Assembly (NCBI GenBank): GCA_050951545.1
Contig: JBMNJG010000011.1
Coordinates: 160,001 to 224,000, forward strand
Reading direction: 5' to 3'
DNA length: 64,000 nt
DNA from: Limnochordia bacterium
Lineage (GTDB): Bacteria > Bacillota > Limnochordia > DTU080
The position numbers and the translations under genes are program-made. Position 1 is the stretch's first letter. Each line of letters opens with the position of its first letter. Of this stretch, positions 9,568 to 18,125 are shown in pieces. A model generated the notes under the pieces. That model made no database searches. It had not been told where the DNA came from and saw only the letters and a list, made by a program, of their open reading frames with translations.

Positions 9568-10833
9568 ATGAATAACAGAGGTGCTTCCGTTAGAGGATCC
9601 GTTGCTCTCACTACAGTACTTACCGCGGCATGCGTGATTCTGGCTCTCAGTAGCTGGGGAGCGATTGCAGCTCAGCGCCTTACTGTCTGGGTCGGAGATG
9701 GCCAACCACGACTAAACGAGTACCAGTTCGTCTGCGACCTGTTCGAAAAAGAGAATCCTGGTATCACAGTGGATGTCCAAGGCCAGGCCGGTGGTCAAGG
9801 GCAGATTATGGAGAAGCTCGCCCTGGCCATTGCTGCTGGTGCTCCCCCTGATGCTTCGTGGCTAGAGGGTTCTGCAGTGCTAGAATTTGCTGCTCAGGGT
9901 CTTCTCCTGGAAGTGACTCGTGCAGTAGACGGCATCCGCTTTGCGCCAGCTGACACACAAGAGATGACTCTCGGTGGTCGCATGTGGGCGGTTCCCTATC
10001 ATACTGCGGCGCGAGGTCTGTTCAAGCGAATCGACTTGTTAGAACAGGCGGGGCTCAATCCTTATGTGGACCCCGAGACGATGGAGGAACTCTACGCGTG
10101 GAACAAGAAGCTGACCAAGCGGAATCCTGATGGCACATATGCTCAGGCAGGGCTGGTTCCCTGGGTTGGCAACTGGGGTGCTCCCGCATGGATATGGACT
10201 TTTGGTGGCAAACTCATTGATAAACAGGGAACCAAGGTGACTCCCACTGCAACTTTCAGCAAGAACGTTGATGCTTTTGAGTGGATTGCGAGCTGGGCGC
10301 AGTTTTACGGCACAAGGTCACCCATCGCGGCGGGTTGGAGCGGCTTTCGGGACGGCACAGTGGCTCTGGACGTAGGATCGACCAGTGTTGTCGGACGGTT
10401 GCTTGCTGCCGATGTGCCATTTGCCACAGGTCGGGTGCCCAGCCCTCCAGGTGGGCAGAACGGAACCTGGGGTGGCGGCACAGCCATCGGGGTGCCTGTG
10501 AACGTGCCGAATCCGGAGCTTTCGCTGAAACTGGTGCGCTTCTTCGGTGAGGCCAAGGTGCAGACTGAGCGATTTGGCTTCGCTCCGGATGTACTGCCCG
10601 CTAACTGGCAGGCACTGCTTGCTGTTGGGCGGCAGTTGCCAAAGGAGTGGGGTCCGCTGCTCGATCAGTTCCCAGAAGCCCGTCCTCGGACGCCTCTGTG
10701 GATCGAGTATTACGTGAACCAGCTTAATCCGGCCATGAATGCTGTCGTAGCTGGAACGAAGACACCACAGCAGGCTCTGAATGACGTGCAGCTCGTGATG
10801 GAGACGCGTTTCAGGGATGTCTTTGGACAGTAG
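9568..10833 (+). CDS. ABC-type sugar solute-binding protein (SBP_bac_1), no adjacent permeases
   Basis: Signal peptide, FEKENPGITV, AAGAPPD, WAVPY, GTKTPQQAL. Confidence 0.88.
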   Translation: MNNRGASVRGSVALTTVLTAACVILALSSWGAIAAQRLTVWVGDGQPRLNEYQFVCDLFEKENPGITVDVQGQAGGQGQIMEKLALAIAAGAPPDASWLEGSAVLEFAAQGLLLEVTRAVDGIRFAPADTQEMTLGGRMWAVPYHTAARGLFKRIDLLEQAGLNPYVDPETMEELYAWNKKLTKRNPDGTYAQAGLVPWVGNWGAPAWIWTFGGKLIDKQGTKVTPTATFSKNVDAFEWIASWAQFYGTRSPIAAGWSGFRDGTVALDVGSTSVVGRLLAADVPFATGRVPSPPGGQNGTWGGGTAIGVPVNVPNPELSLKLVRFFGEAKVQTERFGFAPDVLPANWQALLAVGRQLPKEWGPLLDQFPEARPRTPLWIEYYVNQLNPAMNAVVAGTKTPQQALNDVQLVMETRFRDVFGQ

Positions 10834-10864
10834 CTGTTGCCTAGTCTAATCCTCGATCTACACG

Positions 10865-10905
10865 GGACCTCTCTCGAACGCTTCGCGAACAAGAGAGGTC
10901 CTTTT
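10865..10905 (+). terminator. Rho-independent terminator
   Basis: GGACCTCTCT/AGAGAGGTCC 10-bp stem followed by TTTT. Confidence 0.65.
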
Positions 10906-10959
10906 GCCAGATTTCATGCGCTCGAAGCATTGTCGGGCGACGAAAGGTAGGTAGAGCTC

Positions 10960-12207
10960 ATGCCTCGATCTCAGCTGGCGATCAATGGTGGCCCACCTGT
11001 GCGAAAGCGGCCGTGGCCACCGCGGGCTCTGTTTGGCGAAGATGAGAAAAACGCGGTAGGGGAGTTGTTCGATCAAGCGATTGCTTCTGGCAACGCTTTC
11101 GGCTATGAGGGTCCCACGGAGAGGGCGTACTGTGAGGAGTTTGCTACGTTCTTGGGTGGCGGCTACGTGGACGCAGTGAACAGCGGTACCAACGCTGTTT
11201 ACGTAGCTTTGCGGGCACTGAACCCGGAACCCTACACCGAGATCATCGTCAGCCCCATCACAGATCAAGGAGGTGTGATGCCTGTTCCACTGCTCAACTG
11301 CATTCCTGTCGTAGCGGATGCTGCTCCCGGTTGCTTCAATGCGGGTCCGGAGCAGATCGAAGCCGCCATCACATCTCTGACGAGTGCTATTGTAGTGGCG
11401 CACATCATGGGTGAGCCCGCTGACATGGAAGGCATTATGGCCGTCGCCCGTCGCCATGACATCCCCGTGGTTGAGGACTGCGCGCAAGCCCATGGTGCCA
11501 AGCTCAATGGCAACTATCTAGGCACTTTCTCTCAGGTAAGTGCTTTTTCCACAATGTACGGTAAGCATCACGCCACGGGTTCGCAGGGCGGCTTGGTCTT
11601 TACAAAGGACGAGGCTCTTTATGTGAAGATTCGTCAGGCATCCGATCGGGGCAAGCCGTTTGGGATGCCTGCAGGCAGTACCAATACCATGGCTACATTG
11701 AACTTCAATCTCGGTGATCTCGGATCCGCGATTGGGCGTGTGCAGCTGAGGAAACTCCCGCGCATCGTCGCCAAGCGCCAGGAGAATGCGAGGGCGATCA
11801 TAGCTGGCATTGGTGACATAGCGGCCGTTTCAGGGCCGGAGCAGGTGCCTGGAGCAGAGCCCTCCTATTGGTTCTTGCGCCTGCAGGTCAACGAAGAGTA
11901 TCTGAGTTGTACCAAGCGGGAGTTCTGTTCAGCTCTGGCCGCGGAGGGGATCAGCAATAACCCGGAGTATGCGGCTTTCCCACATCGGGCGCAATGGTTC
12001 CGCGAGCGCCAGGTGTTTGGCACAAGCGAGCTTCCTTGGAGTAGTACTCTCTATCGCGGAAACGCTCCTCGTGAGTTTGCGTGCCCGAACGCTTTGCAGG
12101 CAGTGGCGTCACAATTCCTTCTGCCTGTAAGCGAAAGCTGGGGTGAGCAGGAGGTAAGTGATGTTGTGGAGGCCATTCGCAAGGTCGCGGCGGCATTCGC
12201 GGTCTAG
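10960..12207 (+). CDS. DegT/DnrJ/EryC1/StrS PLP aminotransferase
   Basis: LAINGGPPVR, VNSGT, VVEDCAQAHGA, FSTMYGKH. Confidence 0.92.
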   Translation: MPRSQLAINGGPPVRKRPWPPRALFGEDEKNAVGELFDQAIASGNAFGYEGPTERAYCEEFATFLGGGYVDAVNSGTNAVYVALRALNPEPYTEIIVSPITDQGGVMPVPLLNCIPVVADAAPGCFNAGPEQIEAAITSLTSAIVVAHIMGEPADMEGIMAVARRHDIPVVEDCAQAHGAKLNGNYLGTFSQVSAFSTMYGKHHATGSQGGLVFTKDEALYVKIRQASDRGKPFGMPAGSTNTMATLNFNLGDLGSAIGRVQLRKLPRIVAKRQENARAIIAGIGDIAAVSGPEQVPGAEPSYWFLRLQVNEEYLSCTKREFCSALAAEGISNNPEYAAFPHRAQWFRERQVFGTSELPWSSTLYRGNAPREFACPNALQAVASQFLLPVSESWGEQEVSDVVEAIRKVAAAFAV

Positions 12208-12241
12208 GGTGATGATTGCGTGGCGAAGCTTCCTGACAGCC

Positions 12242-12271
12242 GATAAGGCCGAGAGAGATCTCGGCCTTATC
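12242..12271 (+). terminator. Stem-loop, probable terminator
   Basis: 13-bp perfect stem GATAAGGCCGAGA/TCTCGGCCTTATC with GAGA tetraloop; weak U-tract. Confidence 0.6.
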
Positions 12272-12371
12272 TTGTGCTTCTGTCAGCAGGGAAAGGCTGA
12301 TGTAGCTGGAAGGATGAGGAGGGCGAACTACAATGAGGTTTGCTCCTCGTGTGCAATGAGGGGGACTGCCA

Positions 12372-13736
12372 GTGAGTGTTCCGCGCATCGCGGCTGTTGC
12401 GTCAAGACAGTCCGTTCGTGTGAAGGTGCTGGCACTCGCTTGGCCAGCGATTGTCGATCAGTTTTTGACGATGGCAGTAAACATGGTCGATACGGCGATG
12501 GTGGGACGTCTGGGGGCTTCAGCCCTAGCTGCCGTAGGTCTGGGCGCGCAGGTCATGATGATGGCCACTGCCATTTTCTCCTCGGTAACTACCGGAACGA
12601 CGGCCCTCGTTGCCAGATTCATCGGTGCTTCCGAATCCGAAGAGGCTTGCAGGACGGCCCGTCAGTCACTGATCATGGGTGTCTGTTTGGCCTCCATCAC
12701 AAGCCTTCTCATTGTTACTTTTGCGGGTCGGATTGTGGGGGCTCTTTTTTCCCGGGCGGAGGAGCAAGTGCTCACGGATGCCGCTGCGTATGTGCGTATT
12801 GTAGGTCTGGGGCTTATTCCGCAGTTTTTGCTCATCGTGACCAACAGCGTATTGCGGGGCGCTGGCGATACTAAGACGCCCATGCGGGTTACTGCCACGG
12901 CGAACGTAGTCAATGCCATTGGTAATTACCTGCTGATCTTTGGGGTGGGCGCCTTTCCGCGTTTGGGGGTACAGGGGGCCGCTGCCGCCACGGCCATCGC
13001 GCACTGCGTTGGGGCCTGTCTCGCCATTCGGGTTCTTTTTAGTGGTAAGAGCGTGGTTTCCCTAAATTTTCATGACGATTTCCATCTCGATATAGCGATT
13101 CTGAAGCGGATACTCAACGTGGGCATCCCTGCTGGTATGGAGCAAGGCGTGATGCGCGTGGGCCAGCTGGCTTTCACAATGATTCTGTCGTCCCTGGGCA
13201 CTGTGGCCTATGCTGCCCATCGCATTGCCATGCAAGCCGAATCACTCTCGTTCATGCCAGGATTTGGTTTTGCTCTCGCAGCCACCTCTCTTGTGGGGCA
13301 AGCGCTCGGGGCTGGCGATCCGCAAGAGGCGGAGCATGTGGGATTGGAGGCAGCCCGTATCGCAGCCTGTGGCATGGGGCTCATGGGCCTGTTGTTTCTG
13401 GTGTTCCCTCGGGCTTTGGTAAGCGTGTTCACTTCGGATGAGGCAGTTATCGCCCACAGTGCAGTGGTGATTCGCATCGTCGCAGTGTCGCAGCCGTTCA
13501 TGGCCACCCACATGGTGCTGGCGGGAGGGCTGCGGGGTGCAGGCGATACGCGCACTGTCATGCTGGTGAGCCTGGTGGGTATCTGTGGTGTTCGCCTGGC
13601 CTTGGCCTCTTTGCTGGTCTACTTAGGTTATGGTCTTGTAGGGGCCTGGATCGCTATGTCCATTGACCTCATCATCCGAGGTTCCTTGTTGTACTGGCGT
13701 TTTCGCCATGGGGGCTGGAAGGAAGCCAAGGTGTGA
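12372..13736 (+). CDS. MATE family efflux transporter
   Basis: LAWP, VDTAMVGRLG, LRGAGDTKTPM and second LRGAGDT repeat, many TM segments. Confidence 0.93.
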   Translation: MSVPRIAAVASRQSVRVKVLALAWPAIVDQFLTMAVNMVDTAMVGRLGASALAAVGLGAQVMMMATAIFSSVTTGTTALVARFIGASESEEACRTARQSLIMGVCLASITSLLIVTFAGRIVGALFSRAEEQVLTDAAAYVRIVGLGLIPQFLLIVTNSVLRGAGDTKTPMRVTATANVVNAIGNYLLIFGVGAFPRLGVQGAAAATAIAHCVGACLAIRVLFSGKSVVSLNFHDDFHLDIAILKRILNVGIPAGMEQGVMRVGQLAFTMILSSLGTVAYAAHRIAMQAESLSFMPGFGFALAATSLVGQALGAGDPQEAEHVGLEAARIAACGMGLMGLLFLVFPRALVSVFTSDEAVIAHSAVVIRIVAVSQPFMATHMVLAGGLRGAGDTRTVMLVSLVGICGVRLALASLLVYLGYGLVGAWIAMSIDLIIRGSLLYWRFRHGGWKEAKV

Positions 13737-13776
13737 CAGCCTGCGGGTAGCGGAGCGTGATGGTGAGCGAGGGCAA

Positions 13777-14952
13777 CTAGTCATGGACATGGAAGAGCCA
13801 GAAGACCGTCTTTTGGTCCCATCCCAGGTCCCAAGGCACTTGGTAACGGTCTACCGTATGGCTGTTGACCAGAAGCACGCCCTTACTGTCTTTGTTGGTA
13901 ACCACCGCGAAATGCACGATTCTCCTTTTCTCTTCGTAGGCGATCAGGTCGCCGGGTTCTAATCGCGCGATGAGGCTCATCGCTTCGTTCGATGCGGGCT
14001 CGACAATGTGACGGTACGTGCCTCGCCCCACGAGATGTGCGGTGCCAGAATGCGATAGGTAACGTCCGAAGGCATCGGCCTTCACCCAAGCAGTACTCCC
14101 GGCTCCTCTCCAGCCTTGTTTGGCGTAGTGCCAGACGCTGGTGCCTGGCAGTGCACCAGCGTCGGGATCGCCCAAGACCTGGGAGGCAAAGTTGGTGCAG
14201 TCTCCCCCCAAACCAGTGTAGTCTCTGTAGTCTTGATTGTAGCGACCTTCGTTGCCGCAACCCCACGCGGCACCACAGTAAGTGTTAGCGTATTGCACGG
14301 CTGCAGCGCGCTGATACTTCTGGCGCCGAGCCACGTAGGGTAGTTCGGAAGCCAGAACAGTACCTATCAAGTGTTCTGTCGCGGCCGGCGTTACGTCGGG
14401 AATGACCGTATCCTCGTCGAGGGGATCTGTGTACCAATCACGCTTGAGCACCCAACTGTTGCCGTGCAAGGCGAGCTCCATCACGTGTCGGGTGCCCACG
14501 CCAAAGCGATGTACCTTATCTTCTGGATCGTCAAGGTAGACGTAGCCGAAGCCCGCACTCTGGATCACATAGGCCCAGATGGAATTCTCCCGTTTCTCCA
14601 TACGCACGATGCGCCCGTCAGCAGAGACTTCCACAATCTTCAGGCCGCGCTTCTCGGCCCAGGCGCCTACATACTTGACGCGTCGTGTCTCGCGTTCGAG
14701 TGCCCACCTGCCAGTAGCGACGCTCAGATCATACAGCCTGTGCAAGCCCTCAGTCTGACTGTTGAGGATGGCTAGCGATCTCAGATGTAGGATGGTGTTG
14801 ATGGCTGAAGTGATGGGCGGGGGATCGTCTTCCGGGGCCGTCATCGTGGTCATCACGCGAGGTCGGTCTAGGCACCCCCAGGCTATGCCAAGCACGAGGC
14901 AGACCATCAGCACGACCAGTACCGCACGCAAGCGGACTACGCACAAGATCAC
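13777..14952 (-). CDS. Amidase_6 domain protein (YhbB-like), N-terminal anchor
   Basis: YQRAAAVQYA, GGDCTNFASQ, PGDLIAY, HFAVV, NSHT; GTG 14952 after G-rich RBS. Confidence 0.82.
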   Translation of the reverse strand: MILCVVRLRAVLVVLMVCLVLGIAWGCLDRPRVMTTMTAPEDDPPPITSAINTILHLRSLAILNSQTEGLHRLYDLSVATGRWALERETRRVKYVGAWAEKRGLKIVEVSADGRIVRMEKRENSIWAYVIQSAGFGYVYLDDPEDKVHRFGVGTRHVMELALHGNSWVLKRDWYTDPLDEDTVIPDVTPAATEHLIGTVLASELPYVARRQKYQRAAAVQYANTYCGAAWGCGNEGRYNQDYRDYTGLGGDCTNFASQVLGDPDAGALPGTSVWHYAKQGWRGAGSTAWVKADAFGRYLSHSGTAHLVGRGTYRHIVEPASNEAMSLIARLEPGDLIAYEEKRRIVHFAVVTNKDSKGVLLVNSHTVDRYQVPWDLGWDQKTVFWLFHVHD

Positions 14953-15093
14953 CGTCTTCCCCCCCAGATCCCATATGTATGAGGAGTTGTGGTGTAGCAT
15001 ACGCAAACGAGCAGTCCAGATCGTGCAAGGGGACTGCCTCGTCATGGAGAAGAAGAGGGCACCTGATTAGCGAGCAAAGAAAGGAGTCCGCGC

Positions 15094-15861
15094 ATGCCGT
15101 GGGTGACACAACAGGATATTAGGCAGGGGCTGCTGCGTTTGGGACTCAAGGGCGGTGACACAGTCCTAGTGCATAGCAGTCTGTCTTCCTTTGGTTGGGT
15201 GGAAGGGTCGGCGTCGGCTGTGGTGGAGGCACTGCTACAGGTGCTAAAGGAGGGGGGAACCCTGATTGCGCCTACATTTTCTTACTATCTTCAGGGCGAT
15301 GAGAAAGTGTGGGATAGAGAACACACCCCGTCACGCATGGGGGTGATCTCCGAAACGGTGCGTACGTGGCCTGGGGCATTGCGTAGTAATCATGCTGCGC
15401 ATCCCCTGGCCGCGATTGGTCTGCATGCCCCGCTCATCTGTCGGCGGCCTCACAAGACAGGTTTTGGACCCGACAGCCCGTTTTTCACGCTTGTCGAGCT
15501 CGGTGCCTTTATCCTCCTGATGGGGGTGGGCTACAACAGCTGTACGTTTTTCCATCTACTAGAGGCGAAGGTCGAGGTGCCCTATCGGTACTTGGAGGAG
15601 AGAAAGGCGACGGTTATTGTCGATGGCGTGCGCGATGAGCATGGCTCTGCCTGGGAGTACACGCGCCGGCCCGGAGCTCGAAACGATTTCGTACCCCTGG
15701 GGCGGGCACTGGAGGAACGTCAGATGGTTCGTCAGACCAGGGTTGGCGATAGTGAACTCAGGTTATTTCGCGCTGCCGATGCATATCAGGTGGGTCTGGA
15801 GATCATGGGCCAAGATCCCCTCTTTCTTCTAACGCAAGAGAGCAGAGCTGATTGGCAGTAA
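15094..15861 (+). CDS. AAC(3) / YokD family N-acetyltransferase
   Basis: GDTVLVHSSLSSFGWVEG, GTLIAPTF, TPSRMGVISE, TFFHLLE. Confidence 0.9.
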   Translation: MPWVTQQDIRQGLLRLGLKGGDTVLVHSSLSSFGWVEGSASAVVEALLQVLKEGGTLIAPTFSYYLQGDEKVWDREHTPSRMGVISETVRTWPGALRSNHAAHPLAAIGLHAPLICRRPHKTGFGPDSPFFTLVELGAFILLMGVGYNSCTFFHLLEAKVEVPYRYLEERKATVIVDGVRDEHGSAWEYTRRPGARNDFVPLGRALEERQMVRQTRVGDSELRLFRAADAYQVGLEIMGQDPLFLLTQESRADWQ

Positions 15862-15869
15862 GGAGTCTG

Positions 15870-17966
15870 CTACCTGATGGCTGGTTGCCAGGCTGTTTCT
15901 AGCTCTGTGCGCAGGGTCTCCGGGGCGACAATGGGTGGTGAACAAGAGAACCCGTGACAGACGTAGGCGGTCACAAAACCCTGGTGGGCAGTTTTCCCCT
16001 CACAGATGTTTGGTTTGACCTCCATCTCCTCATTCACCGCGTAGATAACGCGATGCGGGTGGTAGGCAGCCCATGCTGCCCGAAGCATCGCTTCGGTGTG
16101 ATTCTTGGCACATCCAGCGGGGCATACAACGACCACCTCCAGCGGTCCCGCGGCGTAGTTGTCCAAGATGCCAACCAATCCGGCTGTCCCCCAGGGATCA
16201 TGCTGAAGATCGGATCCAAACAGCGCCAGCATCCTCTCTGCTCTTTGCATGCAGTCCGTCTCGCCAAGATAGGCGTGCAGGCGCAAGAGGACGTTGGCAG
16301 CCATGGCGTTAGCTGAAGGAAGAGAAAGATCATGGGCGCTCTTGGGGCGGTGGATCAAGTCGGGGCTCGCCGTGGCTAGGAAGAACCCACCTTGAGCGTC
16401 ATCCCAGAACAGGTCGATAGCCAGTGCCATCATTTCCTGCGCTCGGTCCAGATAGTCTTGTCGGAAATTCAGCTGATAGACGTCGAGAAGGGCTTGACTC
16501 AGGAAAACGTAGTCCTCGAGGAAGGCGGCTGTTTGGCCTGGTCCGTTCGTCCAACTGCGTAGTAGTCGCCCATCTCTTAGGCGCAGGTGCTCCCACACGA
16601 AGGATAGGGCCTGTTCTGCTCTGTCGAGGAAGCGCGGTTCGTTCAATATGCCAGCGGCCTGAGACATGGCTGAGATCATCAGACCATTCCATCCGGTCAA
16701 CACTTTCTCATCGCGGTGGGGAGCGCTGCGTTCGCGTCGGGCTTCATAGAGCCTTGCTCGGGAAGACTGCAGTTGCTGTTGGAGTTCACTGACGTCTCGC
16801 CCCATTCGCCGTGCCAGGTCCTCGAGATCGTAGGCCTGATGCAGGACGTTGGTGCCGCCGTTGAAGTTGCCTTGCTCTGTCACACCATAGAACGTCGCCA
16901 CCACCTCAGCGTTGTCTCTGCCCAGGATCTTCTGCAGTTCGTCAAGGCGCCAGACGTAGAATTTCCCTTCTTCACCGTCGCTATCTGCGTCTTGGGTCGA
17001 AAAAAAGGCCCCTTGAGGATGCGTCATCTCTTGCAGCACGTAGTCTAGCGTCTCTCTGGCCACAGTCGCGAAGCTTTCCTGGCCAGTGATCTGGAACGCC
17101 GACAAGTAGAGGGGAGGCATCAGGGCGTTGTCGTAGAGCATCTTCTCAAAGTGCGGAATCAGCCATTTGCGGTCCGTGGAGTAACGATGGAAACCACCCC
17201 CTAGGTGGTCGTAGAGACCTCCCTGGGCCATGCGCTGCAAGCTGAGAAGACCCATGTCGACGTATCGACGTCCTGCCTCCGAACCGTGCTGGCGCAGGAG
17301 CAGCTCGAGTGCCTGTGCGTGAGGGAATTTCGGGTGGTCACCAAAGCCGCCGAACTCCAGGTCCACGTGACGAGCAACAGTCTGCACTGCTCGTACGACA
17401 GTGCGGCGGTTGGGGACCGCAGTATCGGCGAGGGTAGTAGGCTCTGTCAGCGTCAGGCCGGCAACGGTCTGCGTAGCCCTTTCGATCAGGGCTTCGGGCT
17501 GGGAGGCAAAAGCTGTTTGCACGGACTCAAGCACCCGGAGGAATCCTGGGTAACCGTAACGATCGTGAGGTGGGTAGTAGGTGCCCGCATAGAACGGGTA
17601 CAGGTCTGGTGTCAAGAAGACAGAGAGTGGCCAGCCACCGTGTCCGCCAAGCAGTTGCGCTGCGTTTTGGTAAACGAAGTCAAGATCCGGCCGTTCCTCG
17701 CGGTCGACCTTGATGCTGACGAAGTGCTCGTTGAGATGGTTGGCGATCTCCTCGTTCTCGAAGGATTCGCGCCGCATGACGTGACACCAATGACAGGCAG
17801 AGTAGCCAATACTGAGGAAGACCAGCTTTTGCTCCCGTTTGGCTTTTTCGAGGGCGTCTGCTCCCCACGGATACCAATCCACGGGGTTACTGGCGTGCTG
17901 TTGGAGATAAGGACTGCTTTCATGGACAAGACGGTTCTGCTTCCGCTGCACGGTTGTCTGAGGCAT
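15870..17966 (-). CDS. yyaL: Thioredoxin-domain protein YyaL/SSP411 family
   Basis: [50 protein letters not shown]. Confidence 0.92.
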   Translation of the reverse strand: MPQTTVQRKQNRLVHESSPYLQQHASNPVDWYPWGADALEKAKREQKLVFLSIGYSACHWCHVMRRESFENEEIANHLNEHFVSIKVDREERPDLDFVYQNAAQLLGGHGGWPLSVFLTPDLYPFYAGTYYPPHDRYGYPGFLRVLESVQTAFASQPEALIERATQTVAGLTLTEPTTLADTAVPNRRTVVRAVQTVARHVDLEFGGFGDHPKFPHAQALELLLRQHGSEAGRRYVDMGLLSLQRMAQGGLYDHLGGGFHRYSTDRKWLIPHFEKMLYDNALMPPLYLSAFQITGQESFATVARETLDYVLQEMTHPQGAFFSTQDADSDGEEGKFYVWRLDELQKILGRDNAEVVATFYGVTEQGNFNGGTNVLHQAYDLEDLARRMGRDVSELQQQLQSSRARLYEARRERSAPHRDEKVLTGWNGLMISAMSQAAGILNEPRFLDRAEQALSFVWEHLRLRDGRLLRSWTNGPGQTAAFLEDYVFLSQALLDVYQLNFRQDYLDRAQEMMALAIDLFWDDAQGGFFLATASPDLIHRPKSAHDLSLPSANAMAANVLLRLHAYLGETDCMQRAERMLALFGSDLQHDPWGTAGLVGILDNYAAGPLEVVVVCPAGCAKNHTEAMLRAAWAAYHPHRVIYAVNEEMEVKPNICEGKTAHQGFVTAYVCHGFSCSPPIVAPETLRTELETAWQPAIR

Positions 17967-18125
17967 GGCGCGGCCCTCCAGTCTCTGTATCGAAGTATGC
18001 CCAGATCGACAGGATTATCGCTGCTAGCGCATACTCACAGCAGGCAGTCTTATTGGCTATGGCGAAGTAGGCAGACAAACGTCAGGCAATCGGGAACATG
18101 CCAAGCAGAGCCAGGAGGTCTACAG

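Noticed and set aside
10926-10953. TGTCG...GACGAAA.GTAG similarity to the 3' block of the repeated leader
   Set aside because: Too short and gapped to call a third copy
15094-15861. Aminoglycoside resistance gene
   Set aside because: The YokD/AAC(3) family is common on chromosomes; no mobile context or evidence for drug specificity
17205-18125. 307-aa N-terminal extension making a 1203-aa ORF
   Set aside because: Mostly antisense shadow of yyaL; a clear RBS + ATG at 18126 starts the recognisable domain
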